From the NCBI GenBank assembly GCA_964230645.1, contig CAXRHT010000001.1, forward strand, positions 320,001 through 384,000: a stretch of 64,000 nucleotides of DNA, given 5' to 3'. Shown in pieces: positions 18,282 through 27,574 of this stretch. This DNA is from Bdellovibrionales bacterium (lineage in GTDB: Bacteria > Bdellovibrionota > Bdellovibrionia > Bdellovibrionales > JAGQZY01). A program made the translations under genes and the position numbers. Under the pieces are notes generated by a model, which did no database searches, had not been told where the DNA came from, and was given only the letters and a program-made list of their open reading frames with translations. How positions within the stretch are numbered: position 1 is the stretch's first letter; every line of letters starts with the position of its first letter.

Positions 18282-20105
18282 TTATTGGCTTTCGCTATAA
18301 AAGATCTCATAAGCCTTTTCAAAGGCTTCACTAAACCCCTGCTTACGATCGGCCACCATATCCACCTTGATGTCAGGAATCACTCCTCGGTCTTCTATAA
18401 ATTCCCCACTGGCAGTAATCACCAAAGACTCTGTTAAAGCAATTCCCATTTTGCCAACTGGTGAAAGGCCATGCTGAACGACATTGCCACCACCACCCAT
18501 GGAGCGCTGACCAATAACATGCCCCATTTCATTGTCTTGAAAGGTAGCTGTGAAAATCTCACACATGGATACACACATCTCGTTTATGAGGACTACGATC
18601 TTAACATCTCCGGAAAGGCCATAGCCAGGGTTCTGTAGAAAGAAGGGGTCCATGACTTTGACAGAAATGGGACGTGAGAGTCTTTTACCCTGCGCTAAGT
18701 CCTCTTCAAAATGCCCAACCACCTGGTCGGCTATTGATTTCTGGTAATCATCCTCTCCAAAAACCGCCTGACTCTTAAAAGTATTCATCCAATTGTTGTT
18801 TAGGCGAAACTGCAAAGAGGGATAATTGAGGCCTTTTTTACGAAGCAGATTTAACATTCTCATTCCATGAACTAAGGACCCTCCGGTATTATCGACCAAA
18901 TCGATCACCACGTTTTTTATGCCCTTATCCTCGATTGCCGTAATAGCTCGGTTCCATTCTGTCAGCATTTTATCATTGGCCGGAAAGTTACTGACTTGTA
19001 AGTAGGCAAATTCACGCTCCGATTTAGTTTTGACAAGTTTGGCCTTAAAAAGTGGCTTAAACATAAGATCATCAACCGTTTCGGCTCCGGGGATCGTCCG
19101 TTTTTTTAAACTCTGATCAAACTTAGCTCCTAAATCTAGGTTTCCTCTAAAAATGGAGTTCATCAGGGGATTGATATGTTGAACTTGAAAACCTGTTTGA
19201 ATCAAATGTTGCAAACGTTTTGCTACCATTTCCACAGGAAACTCAAAGCTTTCCAAAAGTGCGCTCAATGACTCGTAACCAAGGAAGCGATGCACGAGCG
19301 GATTAGAGACTGAAATAACATTGACGGGAGTGAGCCTCTCTTCTGGAAAGGCTGACTCTTCGCCATTACCAGTCTCTTCAGAGTTCTCTTTTTTTTGTTT
19401 TTGCAGAAAGCTCAACAAATCCTCACGAATCCAGGGCAACTCGATTTCAAATCGAACGTCCCCCCTTAAAACCTCCAACTCAATGCTTGAGTCCTCGGGA
19501 AGCTTCATATCGGTTGAAGTGCGCATCGGGAAGTGAAAGGCTGCGGTTGTCAGATTGGTTTCTTCTTGTCCTACGTCAATAAACGGGACGATGGATGCTT
19601 CTAAATACTCTTCGACACTCTCCCCATTAATAGAGAAAATAAGATCGTCTTCCACCAGTGGCGCTCCGCCATTATCGGCCCCCTTGAGGCGGGATACAAT
19701 TTTCAGGGCATTGATCGACTCCCCTTCTAATTCGATCTTTGTTCGTAAAGTTAAAAACCCAAGGTGAGCCACTTGGGCGTATTCTGGTAAAAAGCCACTG
19801 TTGACTTGCAAAGCCATAATATGAGCATCTTTGAAGCGATGAACGCATTGTTGAAAGAGAGTTAAGAACTCCTGATTGTTCATGTCTTCTTCGGCTTTTT
19901 TCAGACAGCTCTCTTTGACTTCTTCAAAGTCGACGGCAAAATTTTTCTTTTTTAATGATAGAGGCGCATAGTTTTGTTCGAAGATAGCAAACGCCCAATT
20001 AAGGTCCGCTTTTCTTTCTTTTTCAGTCATTTGATTGATCGGTAAACTACAGCCTGCAGAGAAAATAAATATCCCTGAGATAACGATGAGCCCTATGAGT
20101 CTCAT
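18282..20105 (-). CDS. S41-family peptidase, CPAF-like lipoprotein with PDZ-like insert
   Basis: Lipobox FSAGC; NYAP..LK, DAH, ID..DN.GGS, CVSMCEIF (Ser nucleophile region), G.RSMGGGGNV, E..GV.PDI. Confidence 0.85.
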   Translation of the reverse strand: MRLIGLIVISGIFIFSAGCSLPINQMTEKERKADLNWAFAIFEQNYAPLSLKKKNFAVDFEEVKESCLKKAEEDMNNQEFLTLFQQCVHRFKDAHIMALQVNSGFLPEYAQVAHLGFLTLRTKIELEGESINALKIVSRLKGADNGGAPLVEDDLIFSINGESVEEYLEASIVPFIDVGQEETNLTTAAFHFPMRTSTDMKLPEDSSIELEVLRGDVRFEIELPWIREDLLSFLQKQKKENSEETGNGEESAFPEERLTPVNVISVSNPLVHRFLGYESLSALLESFEFPVEMVAKRLQHLIQTGFQVQHINPLMNSIFRGNLDLGAKFDQSLKKRTIPGAETVDDLMFKPLFKAKLVKTKSEREFAYLQVSNFPANDKMLTEWNRAITAIEDKGIKNVVIDLVDNTGGSLVHGMRMLNLLRKKGLNYPSLQFRLNNNWMNTFKSQAVFGEDDYQKSIADQVVGHFEEDLAQGKRLSRPISVKVMDPFFLQNPGYGLSGDVKIVVLINEMCVSMCEIFTATFQDNEMGHVIGQRSMGGGGNVVQHGLSPVGKMGIALTESLVITASGEFIEDRGVIPDIKVDMVADRKQGFSEAFEKAYEIFYSESQ

Positions 20106-20369
20106 GATCCCCCCTTATTTTTCTTTCTCAGATGTGCGACTTTTTCAAAAGTCACGAGTCCCAATTTCTCATCCTCGAAATTCGGCCGAGAATGTCAAAA
20201 TCATCTCAAAATAACAAGATCTTTTTCCTAATAAATTAAAATGGGACTCAAGCCTCAGTGAGCCTCCTAGAAGGGCTTTTAAAAGACTCTTGGACTAAAA
20301 GTTTTTATAATTTTAAGCAAGCTTGACTTATTGCAATAATCTCAGCCTTCAATATGACTGGATTTATAA

Positions 20370-21869
20370 TCAAAGCTCGATTTGATTTTTTTCCTGCTCT
20401 TCTAAAAACAAAGTCATTGCTTGTACGATTTGCCCGGAGCCTCCGCTGGCTCCATAAACACCTGTGGCAGAATCCACCCAAGCGTATATATCAAAATGGG
20501 CCCAGGGAACTCCATTCACGAAATGCTCAAGGAAAAGAGCGGCGGTGATGGCTCCACCATAACCATTGGTGGCATTCACAAGATCGGCAACATCCGAACG
20601 TAAGCGCAACTTCTCTTCTGGCACTAAAGGCATGCGCCAAAACACATCGCCCCTTTTTTGTCCCGTTTTTAATAAAGATTCTGCCAAGTTGTCACTGTTA
20701 CTAAAAAGACCGGGGGTATTGCCCCCAAGTCCATGTTTTATAGCTCCTGTGAGCGTCGCTATATCAATGACCAATTGTGGTTTTTTCTCTGTGGCTAAGG
20801 TGAGCGCATCAGCCATCACCAATCGCCCTTCCGCATCGGTGTTGTGAATTTCTACACTGAGGCCATTGCGAGCTGTGATCACATCACTGGGTCGGAAAGA
20901 CTCCGTTCCCACGGCGTTCTCAGCAATAGCAAAGTAAAAATCACAGTTAATTTTTGGTTGAGCGTTAGCGACCCATAAAGCAGTCCCTGCCACTGAGGCC
21001 GAGCCTCCCATATCTTTTTTCATCAAGCGCATACCTTGAGAAGGCTTGATATCAAGGCCTCCGGCATCGAAGGTGATTCCTTTACCCACAAACGCGTAGG
21101 GTTTTTGAGACTTACCACCATTGCGATACTGGATGTGAACCAAATGAGGCTCTTGGCTAGCAGCTTGTCCGACAGCCACATGCAAGCCCATTTTTTCTTT
21201 TTTGAGCCGCTGCATGTTCCAGGTTGTTACTTTTGTCTTCGCCTTGTTTCGGAAAACATTTTTTAAAAGATCGGCATAATTTTTTGGCTGCAGAACGTTC
21301 GGTGGAAGGTCCACCAGATACCGAGCAAAGTTAACCGCTTCACCGAGTTTCGAAGCCTTTTCAATGAGTGTTTTATCATTCTTAATCGAGCTTTTTAAAC
21401 TGACCTTAAAGGGATTTTCTTTTTTCTGGGGCCATACTTTTTTAAAATGATAGCGGGCCATCTCCATTCCCACACAAAGACCCACAAACTCCTCTTCGCT
21501 CTCGCCGATATACTCTACCGAAACTGACTTAAGAGGAGTGCTAATAATTTGTCGAAAACAAGTGCCCACCAAGTCGCGCGCCATGGTGTAGGGAGAGGCG
21601 GCAAAGAGACCATAGTGACTATTGGCCTCTACGGTTTTCATCTGTAACAACCAGATGTCATTTTTATTATCATTCCAACTGACAACAGAAGACTTACTTT
21701 TTATTTTCTCTTTGAGGTGGCTAGGTGCGGACTGACTTAGGCTTGAAGGAACTTTTTGTTCGCGGCCAATCACAATGACTTTCACATGGGGGCCTTGTTT
21801 TCCTGTGGACCCCTGGGTTTTGGATTTTAACCAAGAAAGTTGATCGTAGCTGCCAAAGTTTTCGCTCAT
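20370..21869 (-). CDS. M17 leucyl aminopeptidase (PepA/PepB family)
   Basis: VGKGITFDAGG, MKKDMGG, NTDAEGRL and ATLTGA motifs. Confidence 0.95.
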   Translation of the reverse strand: MSENFGSYDQLSWLKSKTQGSTGKQGPHVKVIVIGREQKVPSSLSQSAPSHLKEKIKSKSSVVSWNDNKNDIWLLQMKTVEANSHYGLFAASPYTMARDLVGTCFRQIISTPLKSVSVEYIGESEEEFVGLCVGMEMARYHFKKVWPQKKENPFKVSLKSSIKNDKTLIEKASKLGEAVNFARYLVDLPPNVLQPKNYADLLKNVFRNKAKTKVTTWNMQRLKKEKMGLHVAVGQAASQEPHLVHIQYRNGGKSQKPYAFVGKGITFDAGGLDIKPSQGMRLMKKDMGGSASVAGTALWVANAQPKINCDFYFAIAENAVGTESFRPSDVITARNGLSVEIHNTDAEGRLVMADALTLATEKKPQLVIDIATLTGAIKHGLGGNTPGLFSNSDNLAESLLKTGQKRGDVFWRMPLVPEEKLRLRSDVADLVNATNGYGGAITAALFLEHFVNGVPWAHFDIYAWVDSATGVYGASGGSGQIVQAMTLFLEEQEKNQIEL

Positions 21870-21965
21870 GAAATCCTCGCTTTTGAGTATGTGAACAGAC
21901 TTTCAGAGCTTACACAAAGGCCTTCACCTCGGCAAGAAGCACCCGGGGCACCCCCACAATCACCT

Positions 21966-22286
21966 TTAAACTGGGTAAACTTTAGGCAATGGAATCACCT
22001 CCGGCCCCATGACATAACTCCTGGGGTTTGTGATCTCCACCCATTGATCCCCAATTTTTTGGCCATAAAGGAAGTATTCAACAAACAGAGTTTTTTGACA
22101 TGGCTGGACGTACAAGAGCCCCGACCCTCTAAGCCCTGATTCGTACCCATTGATTAGGAGGCTCATGTCCTCTTGTTCATTAACAAAGAATACTTGGTGT
22201 TGGTTTTGATCCTGGAGCTGACCAAAGCCTCCGCAAGACTTCCTGCGACTCATTAAAATTAATAAAATAAAAATTATTTCAATCAT
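21966..22286 (-). CDS. Small hypothetical protein with N-terminal hydrophobic anchor
   Basis: ATG at 22286 with AGGGA upstream (MIEIIFILLILM...); fills the gap between genes; no family recognised. Confidence 0.5.
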   Translation of the reverse strand: MIEIIFILLILMSRRKSCGGFGQLQDQNQHQVFFVNEQEDMSLLINGYESGLRGSGLLYVQPCQKTLFVEYFLYGQKIGDQWVEITNPRSYVMGPEVIPLPKVYPV

Positions 22287-22510
22287 GCTATCCCTAGTCC
22301 GAAATGTTCCGGGCAAGTTAACAGGAATTTTTTCTTTTTCTAGAGTCCATTTTCATAACTAGACCTTGATCCTGAAAAATGCCTCATTTTCCAACAACTG
22401 GAGCGTTATAAAGGGCGGATGAGCGGGCTGGAGGCCCATTTTAAAGAAGTGACAAGTCTAGCAACATTTGCTTAAGTGGTGGCTTCCAAACCGAGGCAAG
22501 GAGACCAGCG

Positions 22511-23407
22511 ATGATCAAGATTCTAATCTCATTTGTGTTTTTATTCCCAATTTTGGCTCAAGCCACCAATGTTTTCGTGGCCCCCGTTCAGGGAACTAAC
22601 TTGAGTCAGGAAGAGAGCCGAGGTTACCGAGAACTCATTAAGCTCGCCGTACAAAAGGAGTCCGATTACAATCTTGTCGACTCTATTGATGAAGCAAACA
22701 TTTATTTGCAAGCCAAAGTCATTCACGTCAATACCTACACCCTTTTTATTTCTAAAGGTCAGGGCAATCAAACCATTGCACAGAAACAGTGGAAAGCGGA
22801 AAACTCTAACGAACTCGAGGCTCTGATTGATTCTTCCGTAACAGAAATCCTTAACACTGAAACAAATGAAGAACAGGCCGTCCTCTACGAAAACAAAAAA
22901 AGCTTAGGAGAACAAGCCGAGGAAAAGAAAGCCCGAAGTAATTTCGAACGCGTCCCCGCTAGGAGACAGGTCTCCTTAGGTTTTGGCCCCGCCTACTTTT
23001 CCAATATGCAAAGCCCTGGAACAGGGATCGGAATCAATGCCGGCTACTTATGGAATATCGATGACCACTTTGACCTGGGCCTACAATCCGACTTTGCCAT
23101 TTCAACCCAACATGCTGATGCCTACTTCTTCAGCGGTAAGATTCTCACCAATTACTTTTTTTCTACCAATGACATAAGTCCCTTCCTCGGCGCTGGTTTT
23201 GGTTACGGCTTTGCCAGCGCTCACGATCGTCCCACAATCGATGATAGCAACTCCAGTGGATTTGCGGTTGGCCTTCATGCGGGAGTTAAATTTTTCAGAA
23301 CTTCCACTGTGAATTTGGCTGTGTCCGGTGAGTACAACCGAATTTTTGACGACAACACATTGGGACAACCTAGTGTTTTCATGTTGAAGGTGGCTCTGCA
23401 CTACTAG
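22511..23407 (+). CDS. Outer-membrane protein with periplasmic N-domain and C-terminal beta-barrel
   Basis: AAGGAG RBS, signal peptide, Gly/aromatic strands (SPFLGAGFGYG), terminal aromatic residue. Confidence 0.75.
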   Translation: MIKILISFVFLFPILAQATNVFVAPVQGTNLSQEESRGYRELIKLAVQKESDYNLVDSIDEANIYLQAKVIHVNTYTLFISKGQGNQTIAQKQWKAENSNELEALIDSSVTEILNTETNEEQAVLYENKKSLGEQAEEKKARSNFERVPARRQVSLGFGPAYFSNMQSPGTGIGINAGYLWNIDDHFDLGLQSDFAISTQHADAYFFSGKILTNYFFSTNDISPFLGAGFGYGFASAHDRPTIDDSNSSGFAVGLHAGVKFFRTSTVNLAVSGEYNRIFDDNTLGQPSVFMLKVALHY

Positions 23408-23511
23408 CTTCGCCCCTACCTTTAAGAGCGACTGATAAAAATGATTTTTAGGCCTTTAAATCCATAGGCTCTAGACCAGAAAGGTCTCTTACAATAAAAA
23501 CCGGCTTTTAC

Positions 23512-24297
23512 TCACGAAGGCTTCGAGGCTTCTTTTTTGTGATCTTTGGTCATCTCCCACAACTTGAAATAGCGAAGCATCCAGCCGACTCCATCGAAAA
23601 AGGCTGCGAAAAATCCTGGGATCCCGTCGCGAATCCCCCCTTTTACAAGCCAACGCCTGAAGACTCGGGAGAAGGGTTTAAAAAATAAAAATTTTAGAGA
23701 ATTGGAAAAACTGGGGCGCACACCTTTTTTATAAAGGTGTCCGGCTTCAAAGCTGCTATAAAAATCCATTTTTTTTAAAAATTGAGAAATGGTTAAATAA
23801 GGATAGTGAAGCATTGGGTTTTCGAGATACTCGATCGGGCCATCGATTTTCAAACTTTCATGGACATGCTCGTTAGGAAAACGGCCTTCGCCTTTTTTAA
23901 ACAAGCGAAGTTGATAATCGGGATACTGACCGCCGTATCTTAACCAAGTGCCAAAAAAATGGTTGCGGCGAGGCAATTTGAAAGCACTCGCCGAGGTGAC
24001 TGAGAGCTTATGGTTAACCTCGTCGATCAAAGGTTTTTCGAAGCGTTCATCAGGATCCACATAAAAAATCCAGTCCCCTTGGGCCTGCTCCATAGCGTAA
24101 GATTTATTCACATTGAGGTTCATATTGTTGGGTCGTCTGAATACACGACACCCCAGTGATTCGGCCAACTCGTAGGAATTATCCTCGCTCTCACAATCCA
24201 CGTAAATCACTTCATCTCCCCATTTTAGAAGCTCTGGTATTAACTCCTTGAGATGATAGGCTTCATTGTGACCAATGCAGGTGAGAGATAACTTCAT
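23512..24297 (-). CDS. GT2 glycosyltransferase, WaaE/KdtX-like (LPS core)
   Basis: VD..S.D, WIF.VD.DE, YPD.QLRLF, VHE motifs and G..DG.PG tail. Confidence 0.88.
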   Translation of the reverse strand: MKLSLTCIGHNEAYHLKELIPELLKWGDEVIYVDCESEDNSYELAESLGCRVFRRPNNMNLNVNKSYAMEQAQGDWIFYVDPDERFEKPLIDEVNHKLSVTSASAFKLPRRNHFFGTWLRYGGQYPDYQLRLFKKGEGRFPNEHVHESLKIDGPIEYLENPMLHYPYLTISQFLKKMDFYSSFEAGHLYKKGVRPSFSNSLKFLFFKPFSRVFRRWLVKGGIRDGIPGFFAAFFDGVGWMLRYFKLWEMTKDHKKEASKPS

Positions 24298-24308
24298 AGA
24301 AAAAACCT

Positions 24309-25589
24309 TTAGTTAAAGCGAACCAGACAGTAATTTTTCTTACCTCTTCTTAAAATCATGAGGCTTTCAAAAAGCAAAGGAAACTCCCCACCTTCGAGGT
24401 TTTCACCCGTGAACTTTTCGTTATTTAAATAGATTGCCCCGGCTTTTATATCTTTTCTCGCTGCCCCCTTAGAAGAGCAGAGAGGACTCTCGGAGAGCAA
24501 AGTAACAAGATCCATTTCTTTGAGTCTTGATTTATCGACCTCTATTGAGGGCGCCTCACTAAAAACATCCTGCAGAAGACTTTGATCAAGCGAGCCAAAA
24601 TCTCCAGAGAATAGGGCTTCGGAAGCCTTCTTGGCTTTTGCCAATTCATTGGCCCCATGAATGAGAGTGGTTAATTCTTCGGCCAAACTATTTTGCGCTT
24701 CTCTTCTATGAGGTTCCGCAGTGAATCTTTTTTCAAGCTCTTTGAGCTCATCAAGGGGCTTAAGACTAAAAAGATAATTCATTTTCATGGCGTCAGCGTC
24801 GGCCAAACGCAAGAAATACTGGTAAAATTGATAAGGACTGGTCTTGTCTGGATCCAGCCAAACATTTCCGGCCTCCGTTTTTCCAAATTTACTTCCATCA
24901 GCTTTTGTCACCAGAGGAAAAGTCATTCCAAAACAGGCTTTTTTATTTTGATCATCGCCTTGCATACGACGGATAAAATCCACTCCAGCAGTGATATTGC
25001 CCCACTGGTCAGAGCCTCCAATTTGCAAGCGACAATCGTTTTCTTTATTCAAGTGATAGAAATCATAGGATTGTAAAAGCATATAGGAAAATTCGGTGTA
25101 GGAAATCCCCTGATCTCGGCTCTCAATGCGCGATTTCACAGAATCCTTAATAAGCATAGCGTTAACGGAAAAGTGCTTCCCTACATCTCTTAAGAAATCC
25201 AAAAAACTAAACTCTTTCATCCACTCAAAATTGTTGACCATTAGTGCCCCGGTGGATCCGTCGAAATCTAGAACTTTCTTGGCATCTGAGAATATACCTT
25301 GAATATTTTTGTCGAGAACTTCAGGAGTTAACAGGTTCCGCTCTTTACTTTTCCCACTCGGATCACCAATCATTCCTGTGGCACCGCCTAAAAGTAAAAT
25401 GGGGCGATGGCCTTTTTCTTGGAGCCTTTTCATGGTGATCAACGGTAAAAGATGACCTATATGAAGGCTATCGGAGGTGGGATCGGCCCCACAATAAAAC
25501 CGGATTCCATCTCCATTTAAAAGGTTTTTTACCTCTTCTGAGGTTTCTTGGTAGACTAAGCCCCTCTCTTTTAGCTCTTCGTAAAGCAC
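24309..25589 (-). CDS. tyrS: Tyrosyl-tRNA synthetase
   Basis: G.DPT.DSLHIGH, GGSDQWGNI, KFGKT, C-terminal S4-like domain; probable GTG start at 25589 behind GGAGG. Confidence 0.97.
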   Translation of the reverse strand: MLYEELKERGLVYQETSEEVKNLLNGDGIRFYCGADPTSDSLHIGHLLPLITMKRLQEKGHRPILLLGGATGMIGDPSGKSKERNLLTPEVLDKNIQGIFSDAKKVLDFDGSTGALMVNNFEWMKEFSFLDFLRDVGKHFSVNAMLIKDSVKSRIESRDQGISYTEFSYMLLQSYDFYHLNKENDCRLQIGGSDQWGNITAGVDFIRRMQGDDQNKKACFGMTFPLVTKADGSKFGKTEAGNVWLDPDKTSPYQFYQYFLRLADADAMKMNYLFSLKPLDELKELEKRFTAEPHRREAQNSLAEELTTLIHGANELAKAKKASEALFSGDFGSLDQSLLQDVFSEAPSIEVDKSRLKEMDLVTLLSESPLCSSKGAARKDIKAGAIYLNNEKFTGENLEGGEFPLLFESLMILRRGKKNYCLVRFN

Positions 25590-25675
25590 TGACCACCTCC
25601 GCAAAGGCAAAACTCTAACCTTCTCAGTTGATTTTTACAAGAAAATCAGTAATATGGGGGCAAACGAGGAGAAAT

Positions 25676-25897
25676 ATGGCTAAAGATGACCTCATCCAAA
25701 TTGATGGGACTGTGAAGGACGTAACCGGTGGTGGAAACTACAGAATCGAACTGGAAAACGGGGTGGAAATCTCAGCCAGACTTTGCGGGAAAATGAAACG
25801 CTTTAAAATTCGCGTGATTGTGGGTGACAAAGTCACTGTGGGCCTATCGCCCTACGACCCCACTCATGGTTTAATTACTTTCCGACACAAAGGTTAG
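25676..25897 (+). CDS. infA: Translation initiation factor IF-1
   Basis: MAKDDLIQIDG...LENG...GKM...IRV..GDKV.V..SPYD; GAGGAG RBS before ATG 25676. Confidence 0.97.
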   Translation: MAKDDLIQIDGTVKDVTGGGNYRIELENGVEISARLCGKMKRFKIRVIVGDKVTVGLSPYDPTHGLITFRHKG

Positions 25898-26128
25898 AAC
25901 TCTCCTTTCACCCTTGTCACACCTCGTCTCCAGAGGTGTGAAAAATGAACAAACTCTCTTAAATCTTGACCAAATCCTTGCGAACAGAAGCACTATTTGT
26001 CTTATTATAACCATTCAGTTGTGAGGGTTCTCCTATCGGTCATTTAGGCCTGGTCGGCACTCTCTCAAAGTGGAAAATAAAAGCTGTGTTAGAGTCTTTT
26101 AAATTCAGCTTATATTTGGGGGGAATCG

Positions 26129-27559
26129 TTGTCGTTAACCAGGCATCTTTACATTGCTATCGCCATTTTACTTTTTTCGGGCAGCACCTGGTCCGCATCT
26201 TTCACCCTCCCCTTTGAGTCCTTTCTCTCAAGCTATCTTTCAAAAAGCTCTGAAATTTTAAGTGCCAGAAGACAACTCTACTCCGCTCGAGAAAACCGGG
26301 TGGCCGCGCGCGACCAGTGGCAGTCTCGATTAACCGCCACTCCCCAGCTAAGCTTTGAGACTCAAAAATTCGACTCAAGCCTTAGAGATGACAACTCTAA
26401 CCGCACCACCAACATCACTGGGCAGTTAGTGCAAGGCACTCCCACCGGAACTGAAATTCAGGTCAACGCCCAAAAATACTTGGAAACCCAGAATCCCCTT
26501 TTTTCTACCCTTGATCGCAGCTACTCTGCCAAGATTACTCAAGATTTATTTCGAAATGCTTTTGGTGCCACACAAAGATCCGTGAGGAAGAAAGCAAAAA
26601 TTGACTTTAACGTGGCCGAGCTTGAATACCGCCAATCTATGGTCAACACCTGTGAGAACGCCTTCACCCTCTACGCTGAAACCTACATCCAACAGGAAAT
26701 CACCGAGCTTCTCATCTCTCAACTTAAAGACGCAAAAAGAGCCCTCAAAGTTTCCAAAGATCTTTATCGCGATCGACTTATTAATAAAATTGACAAGCTG
26801 ACCTCTGAAAACGACTTTATCGACACCGAACTACAAGTCGAACAAGCGAAACAAAAGCTTCTTAATAGCAAGCTTCAGATTCAAGCTTTTCTTGAGGATC
26901 AACAGAGCCTTGAGTACCGACTGAAAGACCCCTCTTACTATGTGCTCAATAAAGAGATGAATCTTGATAACGAGACCATCAGCGAAATAATTTTACAAAA
27001 ACGAGTCAATAGTCAGGAACTGGACGTGGACAGAGCCAGGTGGGATCGACGCACCGATGTGAAATTGGGCTTTGAAGTGGGTGAGCGTTTTGGACGACTG
27101 GCTTTCAATGGTCCCCTTCTTAATTACAACGAAGAGTACCTACGTGCCAGTGTGGAATTTGGGTTTGATCTTATTAACAACACCGAAGACGCTGATTTAA
27201 AAAATGCTATCGATCAAAGAAACTCTCTTTCAAAAGAGAACCAAGTTCTTGCTAAAACTCAAAGGAGTAAAGTGGCTGGACTTGTGGCCTTAAACGATCT
27301 TTTAAAATCGCAAGTGGCTGCAAGCCAAAACCAGGTCAAGATTCTTAAGGAAAAAATGGACATAGCATTTGAACGCATGGAAAGAGCGCAAATGGATTTT
27401 CAAAATTATCTGCTCCATCGCAACGCCTACCTCAACCAAAAAAGAAATTACCTGCAATTGAAAAAAGATCTGTGGCTCAATCAATTCGCTATTCAAAAAG
27501 AATTTGCCCATAATATGCCAAAACTCTGTGAAGCTCCCGTGGCACAAAAGAGTACTTAA
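26129..27559 (+). CDS. TolC-like outer-membrane efflux protein (divergent)
   Basis: Signal peptide, mixed helical/strand pattern with PTG..I and ITQDL.RN.FG, ~475 aa, directly upstream of an RND gene. Confidence 0.72.
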   Translation: MSLTRHLYIAIAILLFSGSTWSASFTLPFESFLSSYLSKSSEILSARRQLYSARENRVAARDQWQSRLTATPQLSFETQKFDSSLRDDNSNRTTNITGQLVQGTPTGTEIQVNAQKYLETQNPLFSTLDRSYSAKITQDLFRNAFGATQRSVRKKAKIDFNVAELEYRQSMVNTCENAFTLYAETYIQQEITELLISQLKDAKRALKVSKDLYRDRLINKIDKLTSENDFIDTELQVEQAKQKLLNSKLQIQAFLEDQQSLEYRLKDPSYYVLNKEMNLDNETISEIILQKRVNSQELDVDRARWDRRTDVKLGFEVGERFGRLAFNGPLLNYNEEYLRASVEFGFDLINNTEDADLKNAIDQRNSLSKENQVLAKTQRSKVAGLVALNDLLKSQVAASQNQVKILKEKMDIAFERMERAQMDFQNYLLHRNAYLNQKRNYLQLKKDLWLNQFAIQKEFAHNMPKLCEAPVAQKST

Positions 27560-27574
27560 CGGAAAGGTTCTACA

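Noticed and set aside
25917..25941. Hairpin TCACACCTC-N7-GAGGTGTGA after infA as a terminator
   Set aside because: No U-tract follows on the infA strand; its role is unclear.
5883..26076. Recurrent TCTCA-N3/4-TGAGA-like half-sites in several intergenic regions (e.g. 8958, 12569, 20126)
   Set aside because: Spacing is inconsistent and second half-sites are poor; cannot be told from chance without statistics.
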